Origin: Camelus dromedarius
Taxonomy: Eukaryota
Reading direction: 5' to 3'
Length of the DNA stretch: 60,000 nt
Assembly: GCF_036321535.1 (NCBI RefSeq)
Contig: NC_087436.1
Span: 93,064,001-93,124,000, forward strand
The translations under genes and the position numbers were made by a program. Of the stretch, positions 1 through 12,719 are shown piece after piece (within the stretch, counting starts at the first letter, position 1; each line of letters begins with the position of its first letter). The notes beneath the pieces were generated by a model. It was not told where the DNA came from. It was given only the letters and a program-made list of their open reading frames with translations, and did no database searches.

Positions 1-960
1 GCAGTGTGCACGTTTCCATTGCTGCACATCCTCACTAACACGTGATGTCACCAAAGTTTAAATTTTTACCAACCTCATGGGTATGCAAGGTCGTCTTGTA
101 AAGGTTTTAATTTGCATTTCCTTCCTAATAAACTTGAATATATTTTTGCCCTTTTTTGCTATTCATGTTTGCCATGAAATGCCTATTCATGTCTTTTGTC
201 TATTTCTCTATTGACATGTTTGTATTTTTCTTATTGATATTTTGGAGGTTTTTTTTTCAACATAGTTTGTATACTAATTCTTTGTTGGTTGTATGTGTGA
301 CAAATAACTTCTCTTGGTTTGTAGCTTTTTCTTAAACTTCCTTTTTGCAACATAGAAGTTGTAAATTCTTAGTGAGACTGAAGACTTTCTATTTTGTGGG
401 GGAGTAGGAAGAGCCTTACTTTTCAAATTTGCATTTCTTTGATCACATGTAAGGGTGAATGCTTTTCATGTTTATTGGCCATTTGTATTAATTTTTGACA
501 GATTCTTAATGTCCTTTTGCCCATTGTCTATTGCTTTAGAAGGGACTTCATATGTTAAGGGTATTAAATCTTTGTCATATTTTTTGGGAGTATTTCCCCT
601 GGTTTTTCACTACTTTTAAATTTTGCTTAAAATTTCCTTTATTGAGTATGTATTTAAACCTCTCATTCTTCCTTTTCCTGTTTTTTTTTTTTTGCACTTG
701 ACAAAAATTAATTCATCCAGAATTAATTTTGTTATGAAGAACTGACATTAATCAACTGTCCCTTCTTTATCTATTGACTTGTGATATCATTATTATGCAC
801 TAAAATTTTTATGTTCATTTGTGTCTGTTTCCAGGCCATATAGTGTATTAATTATAATTAGTTTATCAACTCTTGCCCAAGATGCGTCCTTTGTTTGTTC
901 TCTCTATAGTAAGGCTTACTGTTTGGTAAGGCGAATTCCTTTGGTTAATCCTTCTTTTCG
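1..960 (-). mobile_element. Old LINE-1 (L1M-type) fragments
   Basis: Degenerate antisense L1 ORF2-end motifs (gttttaatttgcatttc, catgtttattggccatttgtat, tttgcccatt). Confidence 0.75.
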
Positions 961-1999
961 AACTTTCTTGGGTTATCTCAGAATAGGCATTCTCCATTTG
1001 TGTCATTAAATATTTCTCTTGTTTCCTATAGTGTTATCATGTAAACAAGACGCAGCTGCTCAATTTTCAAAGTGTTAGAAAACAAAGTACTTTCCTTATA
1101 ACTTTTCAGGGACTCGGGGGGATGAACTGAATGCTCCAAGATCAGAGCTTGGGACGGTAATTAGTGCTGTACCGCTGACAGTGAGCGTGTCCTGCTTGAC
1201 AAAGCATTTCGTGGGGCTTCCGAGAGTTCTACTTCAGTCGCTGTCAGCCAAGGTATCTTCTAAACTAACAGGGCCCATTGTGGTAGCTCTCTGTCTCTTC
1301 GGTGGACAGAGGGAAAACAGACTTTCAAGGCTTTCATGGGCAATGTCGTTCTTCCTGCTGGAAAAATCGAACGCCTTGATGGAAGTTGTGCTGAAATGAT
1401 ACTGTGATACAGGAATCAATGATGATGGCGCCTCGGTGTCGTCTCCCCATCACAATGGTTAGATGGAGGCCTGTTCAGGCCTTGGTTGTTGAGTTTGAGA
1501 AAGTGGAGGGCCAGTTTCACAACGTAAAAGTTGGGCTGGACAAGCGTTATTACCTAACAGGCAGGGCTAGTTTTCCCGCATTCTGGAGCCCAGCCTGGGG
1601 GTGGGGAGGGAGGCTTCAGAGGCGCTGTGTGTCGGGGGAGAGGTCAGCGGGGCTCCGGCCGTAGGTGTGGGTGGCGTGGAGCAACTCCTCAACCTCCTCT
1701 TCAGCAAACACCAAAGTGTCCAAGGTCATGCCACAAGAGACAGCTCTATGTTTTCATCCCAGAATAAGAAGTCAAACCCCTAGGGGTAAAATGGGATCCT
1801 AAGTCTATTTGAGTATCCTATAAGTGTAAACTTACGATAGAATGTTCTAGTCTCTGAGTGCAGATTAAATCCTGGGCAGTCCAGCTGTGCTCGGGGGTCC
1901 TCCTAGTTGGTCTCATGTGAGGGCCCAGACATGAGAGAGGCACAGCTGAATAGGAGGTTAACCTAATCACCCCTGACCGGGGACAGCTGGTGACAGACA

Positions 2000-2165
2000 C
2001 AATTTTGTCAAATCTTATACCATCCAGAGTAAGTCACTTATTCCTTTTGTATCTCTGTTTCTCATTTATAAGATGAGGAGGCAGACGTTTGTCTTCTCAC
2101 ATGCCAGAAATGTTTTTTAATAAATCAGATAATGCTTGCAAAAGTACATTTGATAAAATGGTGCT
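2000..2165 (+). mobile_element. MIR SINE remnant
   Basis: aagtcactta...tctctgtttctcatttataagatg resembles the MIR core. Confidence 0.55.
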
Positions 2166-3719
2166 AAACCAATTAAGAAAAAAATTCTATTCTGTATATT
2201 TATTTGCACATTTTTCTGTCCTTTTGAGTCATTCAGAAAAAGAGAAGGAAACCATTAAGGGGAAGGGCATGGTTCTGCCAAATGCTGAACCTGGCTGCTT
2301 GTGAAATAGCCATCTTCGATGACAATACACAAAAAATACGGTGCTGTGAATTGTAGCAGTACCATCTGCTAATCAATGGCTCTAGTAGCTTCTTTCACTG
2401 AATGACCCAAGACACTCCAAAAGCAAAAATTTGGTTGGCAAATCTTGATGTACTTGTCAAATGAAATGACTCACAGCAGGGCGTTAGTAGCTGCTGATAG
2501 AAAAGCAAAGAGAAGACTTAGCTGCACGTTGTGGACTGGCAGCCTGAGAACCAAGTTAGACTTGGGGATATATTTTACGGAGCCTCACAATTTTGGTTGG
2601 TATTGTGTCGGAAAATGCTTGAATTGTCAAAATTTAAAAAGCTGGAAATTTCATATGGAAACAACTGGTTAGAGCCAAGTAGCTGCCCCCTCCTTCAGAC
2701 AGAACTGTTCTTTGTCAGGGTTGCCATAGTCTACACCCCTAATACCCTCTCCTGGTTCTCACAGACAGTGTCTAACTAGTCCCTCCAGTCCTTTGACTTC
2801 ATAACCCCTGACTTTAGGACCCTCAAAAGGAGTCCTTAGGTTTTAAAGTCAATGGAAAGAAAGCTAGTTCAACATTATCTGAGGTAAACTATTTTTCTTT
2901 TAATAGACATTCATAGATCACGTTAGAATAACAATCTTTCCTTTGTTTTAAAATGCATTGTAGTTGAATAAACTTTCATTTAAATAACAATGGAGATATC
3001 CAGCTATTCCTATAGCTGCTAAAACTCTCTTATGATAGGCAAAGAATTCACTTTCCTATGGAAACAGCAACTACTAACTGCCTGCCAAACTTTGCAAAAA
3101 GCAGCAGAATACAACGTGCAGTGGCAATTAGAATATTGCACTTGAAAACAATAGGAACTTTTAAGGAATTTGATTGCTGTTAACACCACCTACACATTTG
3201 GGGAAAGTGTATTTTGGGAAGTTAACAGTATCAGCAGGATGCCACTGTTTCAAAGCATATTCCCTGGTTCAACAATGGAGAAAAAAGTTCTCAGTGGACA
3301 GACTGTACGTAAACAGTGAGAGGGAGCACTGGGGCAGTGCTGGGAAAGTGGGAGAATACAGTGACTTTAAAGAGTTTGACTTGTTTTTTTTAGCCAGTAC
3401 TGGACGTTAACCATCATTGGGCTGTTTTAGACAATTTCCACTGGCACGGTCTCGCCTGGTTATTGTGTTTCATCTCAAGGAATTTCAGTTCTTCAGTGGA
3501 AGGCAATTCCTTAGCAACTCCTATGATCAGCTGGTAAGTTTGATTTGCCTTAAGTAGTTGACCTCAAAAATGCATCAATCTGAGTATGCAAATACACATC
3601 ATTGCCATCATCTGACTATGTCATTCTGGACCAAAAGCTGCAAGAGAGCTTGAATCTCTCTTCCCTAAGTAAGAAAACCAACCCCCACCCCTCAAAAAAA
3701 AAAAAAAATCAATGAAATA

Positions 3720-6596
3720 CAAAGTTGATTTGAGTATTTTATTTATAAATGTACATTTACTATAAAAGCTGTTGCATTTTAGACAACTTTTTGTTTTTAT
3801 TTTTTTTTTACTATTTCTTAGAGGCATTTTAGAATAAATATTTTAAATGAAGGTTAGTGTAACTGATATAGAACATTGGCCCACCCAGAACAGTAACATC
3901 TTTTGGACGGACTCACATATGAGGTGGATCATTTCAGCTTGTTAAGTCTTACACTGAGTATAGATAACTATAATACGTATTGCATTAATACCACTACATA
4001 GAAAGAAGGAAGAAATGTCATGAAAGTTTGCTAGTGAAAAACAAAGAGTTGCCCATTTTTCTTTTTCCTTAAGGAAGAGAAGGGGCTAGCTTTTGAAGTA
4101 TAAGAAGAAAAAAAAAGATACACTTCCTCAGGAACCATAAATCACTCACTTGCCTCATCTGTTTCTTAAACAAACACATTTACACTGTAGCTCAACAGAG
4201 TAGAGCATCTTTTTTTTCCTGGGATCTCAAAGATTGTTTGAAAAGAAATAGATCATACTCATTATGCTGCATTGGAAAAAACAAGATCTAGTCTGCCCAA
4301 GCTGCCATGTAACAGACTCCAAATGAAATATAAATCAAATATAAATAGAAACAGTTGGCAATTAGAATTTAGAAAATGTTGGAGATTATTCTGTGCTGGT
4401 GACTATTGTTCATTATGGGAAAGCACATTTCGCAGCTGGAGAACGGGGCTTTATTTTTCTTGACTTGATTCTAGCTTCAATACATGTACAATGAGTCTCA
4501 CTAAGAAATATGTATAAATGGGTTTGTGAAACTAGAAGAGAATGTGCAATATTCATATAATCCTTCCATAACGGATGGAATTCCACATGTAAAAAGTGTT
4601 CTATAAAAATCGGTGATGAACGATCATATTGTACATGTTTTGTGCAGTATTTGCGGTAATGTACTCTGCTAATGTCATGCGAAGTGTAAACGTCCACATT
4701 ATCAAAATATTTAATAAAACATGCAGGTGGTTAATCAAAATATGGGACTTTGTACATTTTCAAAACGTTTTTCTTTTTAATTTTTTTCAGTTTTTCTTTT
4801 TTTAGTATTTTTTTCCCCCTGTCAAACAAGGAACACCTCTATGAGAAGTCTTGAGAACTTGGAATTGACTTCACCTCTCTTCAATGCACTGCATCCATAA
4901 TTCATCACTGACTATGTGCAACAGCTTTGCATTTTCTAAGGCACAATTTTTAATGAAATGATGTGTAAATTTCAATCTAACAACAGCTCATCCAAATGAC
5001 AAAATGGTCAAAGTTTCTCCAGTGGCTGAGGAAATTTCTGCACTTAACATGGAACCCGCATGCAGAGAACCGTCTAGCATGTAAATAAATAATTGCTAGC
5101 CATACTCAATAAGACACAGAAAAAATTATTGCTTACATAACAGAAAAAACATCTACTTGATCTTCTTTTATGACTACATTAACCTATTCAGAGTATATCC
5201 ATAGTCTACATTCACAAAATGTCATCTTCAATTATTTGCCATCATTTTAAGGCAGAATAAATAGTTCCCCTTTCCCCAGTCTTGAAGAAAACAGCCTGGA
5301 GATCTAAAACGTGATGCTTTTTAGTAACTTGATTCCTCTCTGGGCCAGATGAAACTCATCACACAGGGCAAACAATAAAGCAGCTCTCCCAAGAGTTCCT
5401 TGCTAAGCTTCTCCATGAGCAAGGTCCAGAATTCTCGGTAGTAAAGGGAGGTGGTGACGGAGGAGAGTGACGGAGAGCAGGTATCCATGAGAGTGGAAGC
5501 TAGGTTCCTGCTGATCGCACACTAGTGGCTTATCACATCAAATGTCATTTGGATTCTGTTAGGATGGACTTAATGCTTTTCCTTAGCCACTTGTGCTTCA
5601 GACCCCCAAGAAGAACTTGCAGGCACGGGTGAGCAGTGGTCACACCTAATGAGGGGCTGATCTCGATGAGAACTTCTATTCACCTCATACTGAGCCTCTT
5701 ATTGAATCCAGAGCCGGCAGAGAAGCATGCAATAAAGCCCTCTTAGCTAGCATGGACCCACCACTCTCTGGAAGATTAAACTTCCTCACAGATTTTGGTA
5801 ATAACTTTGGAAATGATGACTGAGTTATGTCCCTCTGATTTCTTCCTACCCTCGGGCAATGTCCCAGAGTGTAAGCCAAGCCAATATTGCAAGGGTTCTC
5901 TTTATTTGATGGGCCAGCCTAAATTAATGGCCTAACTTCCAAAGTACACACAATCTAATACTAGCGGTGCAATAATTTATTGGTATGACTTCTACCTCAA
6001 AAGGTAAGTAACACAAACGTCTCAGGATTACAGTATATATTATCAGACTAGCATCCTTGCATTAAAAACAAGTTACAGCTCAGAGCTATATGATGTGATT
6101 TTTAGTTTCTAAAATGCATTAACTGTATGCTCCTGTCTCAGAAGACTGCATGTCTCAAATTGGCATGTTTTGCACTTTCTGCAGCTCAATTCTGTAAACA
6201 TAGGGTTTAATTCCTAGAAATGCTAAAAAAAAAAAAGTTTATTGCATCATTTATCTCATTAATTCCCAAAGAGGAGAATAACACATTTTAAACTGTAGGC
6301 CTGTTTGACCACGCTAAGACCTGTTTTTGAACTATTCAGGATCATTACAATTCAATATTCTTTTGTATATACTGTGCAAATGCCAAAAAAAAAAAAAAAA
6401 AAAGAAAAAAGGAAACCAGGAAAAACACACTGTGCTATATAAAAAAAAAAAAACCCAGAAAACCAGATACCATCTTTCAGAATAGCCTTTCAGAAATTAG
6501 ATGAATGCTGAGAAGCCCCTGAACTTGGGGTTTTGTTAAACGTTTGGACACCCTCAGCAAGGAAATGGTGAGAGATCTGGAAGCTTGAAAACCACA
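3720..6596 (-). other. LIMCH1: LIMCH1 3' UTR (~2.9 kb; end approximate)
   Basis: Repeat-poor AU-rich stretch from the stop codon to an AATAAA followed by a U-rich downstream element. Confidence 0.8.
3738..3743 (-). terminator. Distal polyadenylation signal AATAAA
   Basis: Minus-strand TGTACATTTATAAATAAAATAC (UGUA upstream), GU/U-rich tract ~25-45 nt downstream. Confidence 0.75.
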
Positions 6597-6622
6597 TCAC
6601 AATGTTGTGGGCTGGCCAGCAC
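6597..6622 (-). CDS. LIMCH1: LIMCH1 terminal exon, coding part (S)AGQPTTL-stop
   Basis: tttttctctgtcccag acceptor; TGA at 6599-6597. Confidence 0.96.
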
Positions 6623-6754
6623 CTGGGACAGAGAAAAACAGCAACATTTAGTTAAGATAGCCAACCATTCTTGCTTCAGATGTTGAAACATTTCTGAAAT
6701 TAGCAATGGCCTTTGCCAAAGTCTCTTGCCTCTAGGCAGGGGAAACTTGTCCCC

Positions 6755-6880
6755 TCACTGCTACTCAACGTGTGGTCCAGGTATGAGCAGCTCTGGCGTT
6801 ACCTGGCGTGAGTAAGAAGTGCAGACTCTTGAGCCCCATCCCAGAACTGAACATGGAGCCCAGCAGAGTTTGGTTGAAAT
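6755..6880. mobile_element. MER5-type hAT DNA transposon remnant
   Basis: gctactcaacgtgtggtcc...agaagtgcagactcttgagccccatcccagaac. Confidence 0.6.
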
Positions 6881-7048
6881 CCTCTGGATTTCATCCTCAA
6901 CCAAATGATCTCCATCAAGTTTCCTACCATGTCTTCTGGGGCAAATAAGCAAGAAAATAATCTCTCTTCTCTCAGTTTCTTTAGGTTTTGGTTTCTCTAA
7001 GAATAAATACATTGCAACAAGAGGAAGCTGATATATGATCCAGAAATA

Positions 7049-7277
7049 GGAATGTTAGATTTAGCAAATAAAATAAAGAACACCCAATAAAATTTGAATT
7101 TTAGGTAAACAACAAATGCACTTTTTAGTAAGTATATCCCATGGGATATTTGGGATATACTTGTACTAAATCCTGAGCATGCAGCATTTGGGACATACAC
7201 GTACTAAAAAAATTCATTGTTTATCTGAAATTCAAAAACATTTAACTGAGCATCTTGCATTTTATGTGGCAACCCTC
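7049..7277. mobile_element. MER53 palindromic MITE
   Basis: Inverted arms aaatttgaattttaggtaaacaac / ttgtttatctgaaattcaaa; ends in ggcaaccct. Confidence 0.8.
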
Positions 7278-8019
7278 TCTAGGAAGGATGGTTTGGGTTC
7301 CATATTTCCTGTGGAAACCTTCATAGCATTTCTCCTTGATGTAGGTACTAGAGTTGTGATGTAATCGCAACACTGGAAAAGACCCCCGGGATTTTGCATT
7401 AAATGCATTTCATGAGAGTGAATGATGGAAAAGACACAAAGACACAGTCATCCAACACCCAAGCACAAATGGCACAAGTTAAACATGTGACGGCTTGATT
7501 CGTGACAGGTAATTTGTTTTGCACTTCTATTCCCATTTACATACCAACTTAAAAACTGTTTACATTGCTTTTAGGAATTGCATTTTAATATGTTGTTATG
7601 CTATTTTTCCCCTCCAAGAGAAAAATTTCATTTAAATGTGACTAGTTACTTGAAGAAAACAGGATTATATATTCAGGTTTTATTATTCCACAAGATGAAA
7701 TTATTTTATTTCACTTAGAATGCCTATGATGTCAACCACCTCTCGTATCTATCCATTTCCCCTCTTCTCAACTCAGGTCAAAATCAAATTAAAAAAAGAA
7801 AAAAATTATTTTTAGCCATTTTCCCCATTCGACTCTCTTATTACATTTGGGTCCATTCAACTAGTTTGAGTGTATTTATACTTCTTTAGCCAATTTTCAT
7901 TCTCTCCACCTCTTCCCTCTGAAGGTATAGTTTCTTCCTTCCGACACCAAGGAAGAAATGAGCAACACTATCAGATGTGTTGGTCATTCTCCCTGTCAAT
8001 TGTTGACTTACTTAAAGTT

Positions 8020-9240
8020 TAGCTTAAAATGATACTAACATTTATTTGGAAAAACAAATAGGAGAAAAGAATTAGGAAAATTTGGAAAAAATAATCAGAG
8101 AGAAGGTGGCCATTATTGCTCACTATTAAAACATATTATGAAGCTATAATAAAGCTGATATTAGAGAATAAATAGGTTAATAAAACATAATACAATATCC
8201 AGAAATAGACCCAAATATATATGGGAACTTGGTTTATGAGAAAGTTGGCATTTCAAATTAATAGGAAAAAAAGAATTATTCATTAAGTTATAGTCACACC
8301 ACTGGCTAACTGGAAAAAAATGAACCCCAACCACAGTACATTCCCCATGATCAGGTGTTTAACACCAAAAAGGAAACAGAAAACAATTCTAGGAGAAATC
8401 TCAGCTAAATTTATTTATACCCTTGGAGTAGTGAGAGTTTTTCTAAGTAGGTCACAAAACCCAGAACGCAAAAAGGAAAAAAAGGTATGTTTAATTACCT
8501 AAAATGAAAATCTTTTCTGTGAAAAAAAAAAAAAATCACAAAGCGGAAAGACCAATGATAACCACAAAAAGTAGCAAATATAAAATGAAGGGAAATTTGC
8601 CTTAATTTACAAAGAACTCATAACAATCGACTGCCAATAGAATAATGGGCAAAGGATAAAGAAATAAAAAATTTTTAATAGAAAAAGAAATATAAATGAT
8701 AAACAAATATATGAAAAGATGTTTAAACTCACTTATAATTAAAGACCAAGGATCAAAGCATTAGTTTTCTTTTCCTGCCTAGCAGAATGGAAATTTTAAA
8801 AGTCTGATGACATCCAGAGCTGACGTTGGCATGGAGAGAGAAAGAGGCTCTCATGTACTTTGCAGAGAGCGTGCACTTTTCTGGATGATAATTAGGCAAA
8901 TTGCCTGAAAATTTAAGAAGCACATGCCTTTCAACTCAGCAGTCCCACTGCTCAGAATCTACTCTGTGGAAATACTTTCAAATGTTCATCAAGACTTACA
9001 TATAAGGATGTTCACTGGAGCATTTAAAAAATAATATTAGAAAAACTGGAAAAAACTGAAGTGCTCATTCATAAAGAATTAGTTTTAAATTATGGTAAGT
9101 TCACACAATGGGACTGTCTGCAGTGATTGAAAAGCCATTAAAGAAAATGAGGAGAAAGAACATGCTATATGGAAAAACTTCCAAGATATATCATTAAGTT
9201 AAAGACAACAGTGACAAAAACTAAGTACCACTGTGGCTAT
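8020..9240 (+). mobile_element. Old LINE-1 (L1ME-like) ORF2 end and 3' UTR
   Basis: ccagaaatagacccaaatatatatgggaactt, atgaaaagatgtt, cagcagtcccactgct; many indels. Confidence 0.8.
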
Positions 9241-9963
9241 GTCACTACCTCTGTGAAATAAAACCCAACATATATGCAGGTAGATGTGTCACACACATAT
9301 GCGTGTGTGTGTGTGCGTACATATACAAACATACCTTCTTCTTCCCAAGAAACTATTATTAGAAAATGATTACATGGTCAACTTGGGAGATTTTCACTTT
9401 TAATTTGTTATCTTTCTAAACAATCCAATTTTTCTAGCTTTATATCATTTATAACTTCTAGTTATTTATTCTTTTGAATATCAATATTGGTTATCTAGGC
9501 AGAGAAATAATGAGCCTTTTTGCTTTCTTCTTAGTACCTTAGTATTCTAAGCAACATCGTAGTAAAATATTGCATAAAAAATATTAAATAAAGAAAAATC
9601 CTATCTTTGGTCTATCTCCAAGCATGTTACTTTTCATCTTACAGGACAGTTACAGGAACTCCACAGTTCTTGTCTTTAGATTTGGAATCAAAGCATTTAA
9701 TGCCCTTTATATCTGTATACACCAAGAGAAAAGCTGCTGGCCTAGATCCAAAATGCTAACTTTCAAAAGAAATGATAACAAAACACCCAAATTCTCAATT
9801 AAAATAAAAATCTGGATGAAAAACAAGTCACTGGCATCCAGAGGTGGGTTCAGGTCTGTTCTCTGCTGGCATCCTTCAAGCACTTGAAATTATGAAAATA
9901 ATTATGAAATAAATTCATATTTACAGCACTTTTCAAATCTGGCTCAACAGTCCTTCATCCCAA

Positions 9964-9979
9964 CAGCACCCTCTTCTGG
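9964..9979 (-). promoter_or_regulatory. Candidate CTCF motif CCAGAAGAGGGTGCTG
   Basis: Close match to the CTCF core consensus; motif only. Confidence 0.5.
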
Positions 9980-10125
9980 TTCCATGACTCACATTCAGCA
10001 GGTTAATGAGGTTGTGAAAAATTTCTAATTTATAGAAGATGATAGGAAAAAATCACTTTGAATTCAGGGATAAAAGGATTTAATTTTCTTTTCTAATGTA
10101 TAAAAATGAAACAAACAAATACAGA

Positions 10126-10315
10126 TATAATTTAAATAAAATATAATTATTATATTATACACATAATATTATATAATGTAATACATTATATATTATATAT
10201 GTATTTGTGTATGTATGTACATGTATTTATGGTGTATATATGGTATATTATTTATCCCATATTTTATATGTATAATACATAGTATAGAAGTTAATATTAA
10301 CACTATGATATAATA
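10126..10315. repeat. AT-rich low-complexity (TA-rich) tract
   Basis: Near-pure A/T with imperfect TATAT/TAATAT units. Confidence 0.85.
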
Positions 10316-10372
10316 AGGATTCAGAGGCTAGCCACTGGCCTGTTTCAGATTTTCTAAACAGCAGCTGGGCAA

Positions 10373-10388
10373 CAGCACCCCCTGGTGG
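10373..10388 (-). promoter_or_regulatory. Candidate CTCF motif CCACCAGGGGGTGCTG
   Basis: Near-perfect CTCF core consensus; motif only. Confidence 0.65.
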
Positions 10389-11088
10389 ACTCCCCCAAAA
10401 TAACATGAACTTTCTAAAGTAGGAGACTCAAGTCATAAAGATGGGAGGGCAGGCTGCTCAAGGGAGCTTCCAGGAAGCACGCATCTGTTAAGCTCTGGTT
10501 AGTATGTACTAAGGTATTTTGGAGGAGCGCAGGGATTCACAGAGAAGTAGAACCCACCATTCTGTCTCTCAAAGAGCTTTCAATTTAGTCGGGAACAAGC
10601 CCATGTTATGTCATGAGACTCTTGAATGTAGGCATGTAGATACTGAGGAGCTGGTGCTGGATCTGAAGAACAGTGGAGCGCCATTCTCGGCACCTGACCC
10701 ACCCCTCAAACGCTGCTGGTCTTCTACAGAGACGCCTCAACAAATGAATAGGGGTTCGCAGACCTAATATCATCTCTGTCTCTCACTGAAGTCTCTATGG
10801 TGAGCTCAGGAGTGTCTCAAACTTGGTTTATATTTTTACCTGCTGGTGTATTAATGCACTTCTGGATAAAAAGAATTTGGCCACATGGCAGCAGTACTTC
10901 CAGTAAGAAGCAAGTGTTAAATAAGGGGTTATTTCATTACCATTTCTTTTACCTGCGTGCTAAGAAACCTTTCCTTCCGTGTGGGAGTGTCAACTGACGA
11001 GGAGGAATGAATGAATTCCTGAATGGGGGCCTACGAAAGACAGATGCTTGCGCTCACTCGTCTCAAGGTATTTCCCCCCGGGACTTAC

Positions 11089-11191
11089 TTCTGGAGCGCA
11101 TGTAGCAGTCATTACAGTTTAGAAGACCGTTTCGAATCCTAACATCCGTCCCGCTCACTGCATCTCCGAGCTGTCCTTTACAGATTCCACA
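11089..11191 (-). CDS. LIMCH1: LIMCH1 exon, LIM domain second half [10 protein letters not shown]...CNDCYMRSR (103 nt)
   Basis: tgcag acceptor, gtaagt donor; CxxC...CxxC zinc ligands. Confidence 0.97.
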
Positions 11192-12719
11192 CTGCAGGGT
11201 AGAAAGGACAGAAGTTGTAAGGTGCACAAGGGACTGTTTCTCTGTGATGCTTAGTTACTGTTCACACGAACAGCACAACAATCACTTCTGCAGCCTCCAC
11301 ACGTGTTGAGCGTGTGTGCGTTACCTGCTGCACTGAGGTGACTTCCAGCAACGACATACTTTTAGCATTTCATCCTCACTCCTGGCATTTACAGGGGAAG
11401 TTCAGACAGTTTAGCTCACTTGTCCAAGGTTGTGAAGTTGGTAACGGTATCAGGTTGATGCCAAAGCCTGTGCACAGCAGCTCTCAATCAAAATGGAAGA
11501 GCCATTTTAAACAGACTAAATCCTGGTGGTTTTAAGTAAACACATGGCCCAGGAATTATATATTGAAACTTGTCTCTGAATACTCTTCAAATGCTTTTCA
11601 GCACTGCCGGTGAGTTCTACCAGACCACAATGACGGGGGAGTAGCCGTTCTGCCTTAAGCTTCCACATTAGGGCAGTGACCCCTAGAGTAAGACAGCCAC
11701 TGGGCGTGGCACTCCTTTCAGCCAAGCCAGCCTGGTGCAGAAGGAGACTGAGATACACTGTCCTGGCTGGACCAGAGGCGGCGGCAGTGGGGGTGGCTTC
11801 ACGCCAGCCTCTCACGGGGGGATCATGACCCAGCCTAGGAGAAGAGGGCCAGCCCCAGACTCATGCTCTAAGTCACCCTGGGCAGAGGGAGGCTTCATCC
11901 AAATGATGGTTACAAGCTGTACCTGCATCAGAAGGGTAGGGGATCAATCCCAGAGGGGATGTACCTCAGAGCGTCAGGTCAGCTCCAGGGAGTGAATGAC
12001 AAGAGAGAACAAAGGCCTTGACAGACAAGAACACAAGTCCCCCATCTGTTGAGAATCTGCAAAGACTCTGCCACCTTGATTATTTTGAGTTCAGGTAAAG
12101 TTTCTGAGAATAAACCGTGGTGTTGGAACATATTATCTTTGTATTACCGTGATAATTTTAAAGTATCTACCTTGAGTCTCAAAACAGTCCTAGACAACTT
12201 AGGATATACATTGTCTACGTGAATTTTACAATGAGAATGTTGATAAATTGAGTTTAATTAAGTCACCATGTTGCATTCTGTCCCTGATAAGTTTTGCTTT
12301 CCAGTGACTACCAACATTATTACATTAAGAATTTGCGGTCAACTTCATTCACTTTCTCTTAGATAATAGTAGAGTAGGAATTATTTTAAACCCTTTTTAG
12401 TTTACTTTATAGCTGAGGGGGCTATCAACAAGAAACAAGACAAAATTGAAGAAGGAAAAAAAAAGCACATTAGAGTTACAAAGAGAAATAAATGCTTTTT
12501 ATTCAGAGCTAGAGGGTTTGGCTTCAAAAATTATATTATTTAATTATAAAAATTATATTAATTTCAAACATGTCCTGAGTGAAAAAAAAGGAAATGCTGA
12601 TATAGTCCAACCTGTACATTTTATAACAAATCAGCCACAAGTGGTTAGCTCACCTACTTATTAACAGGAGATGTGGGACTAGAATCTAGGCCTCCTCATT
12701 TTCAGTTATTCATTAACTC

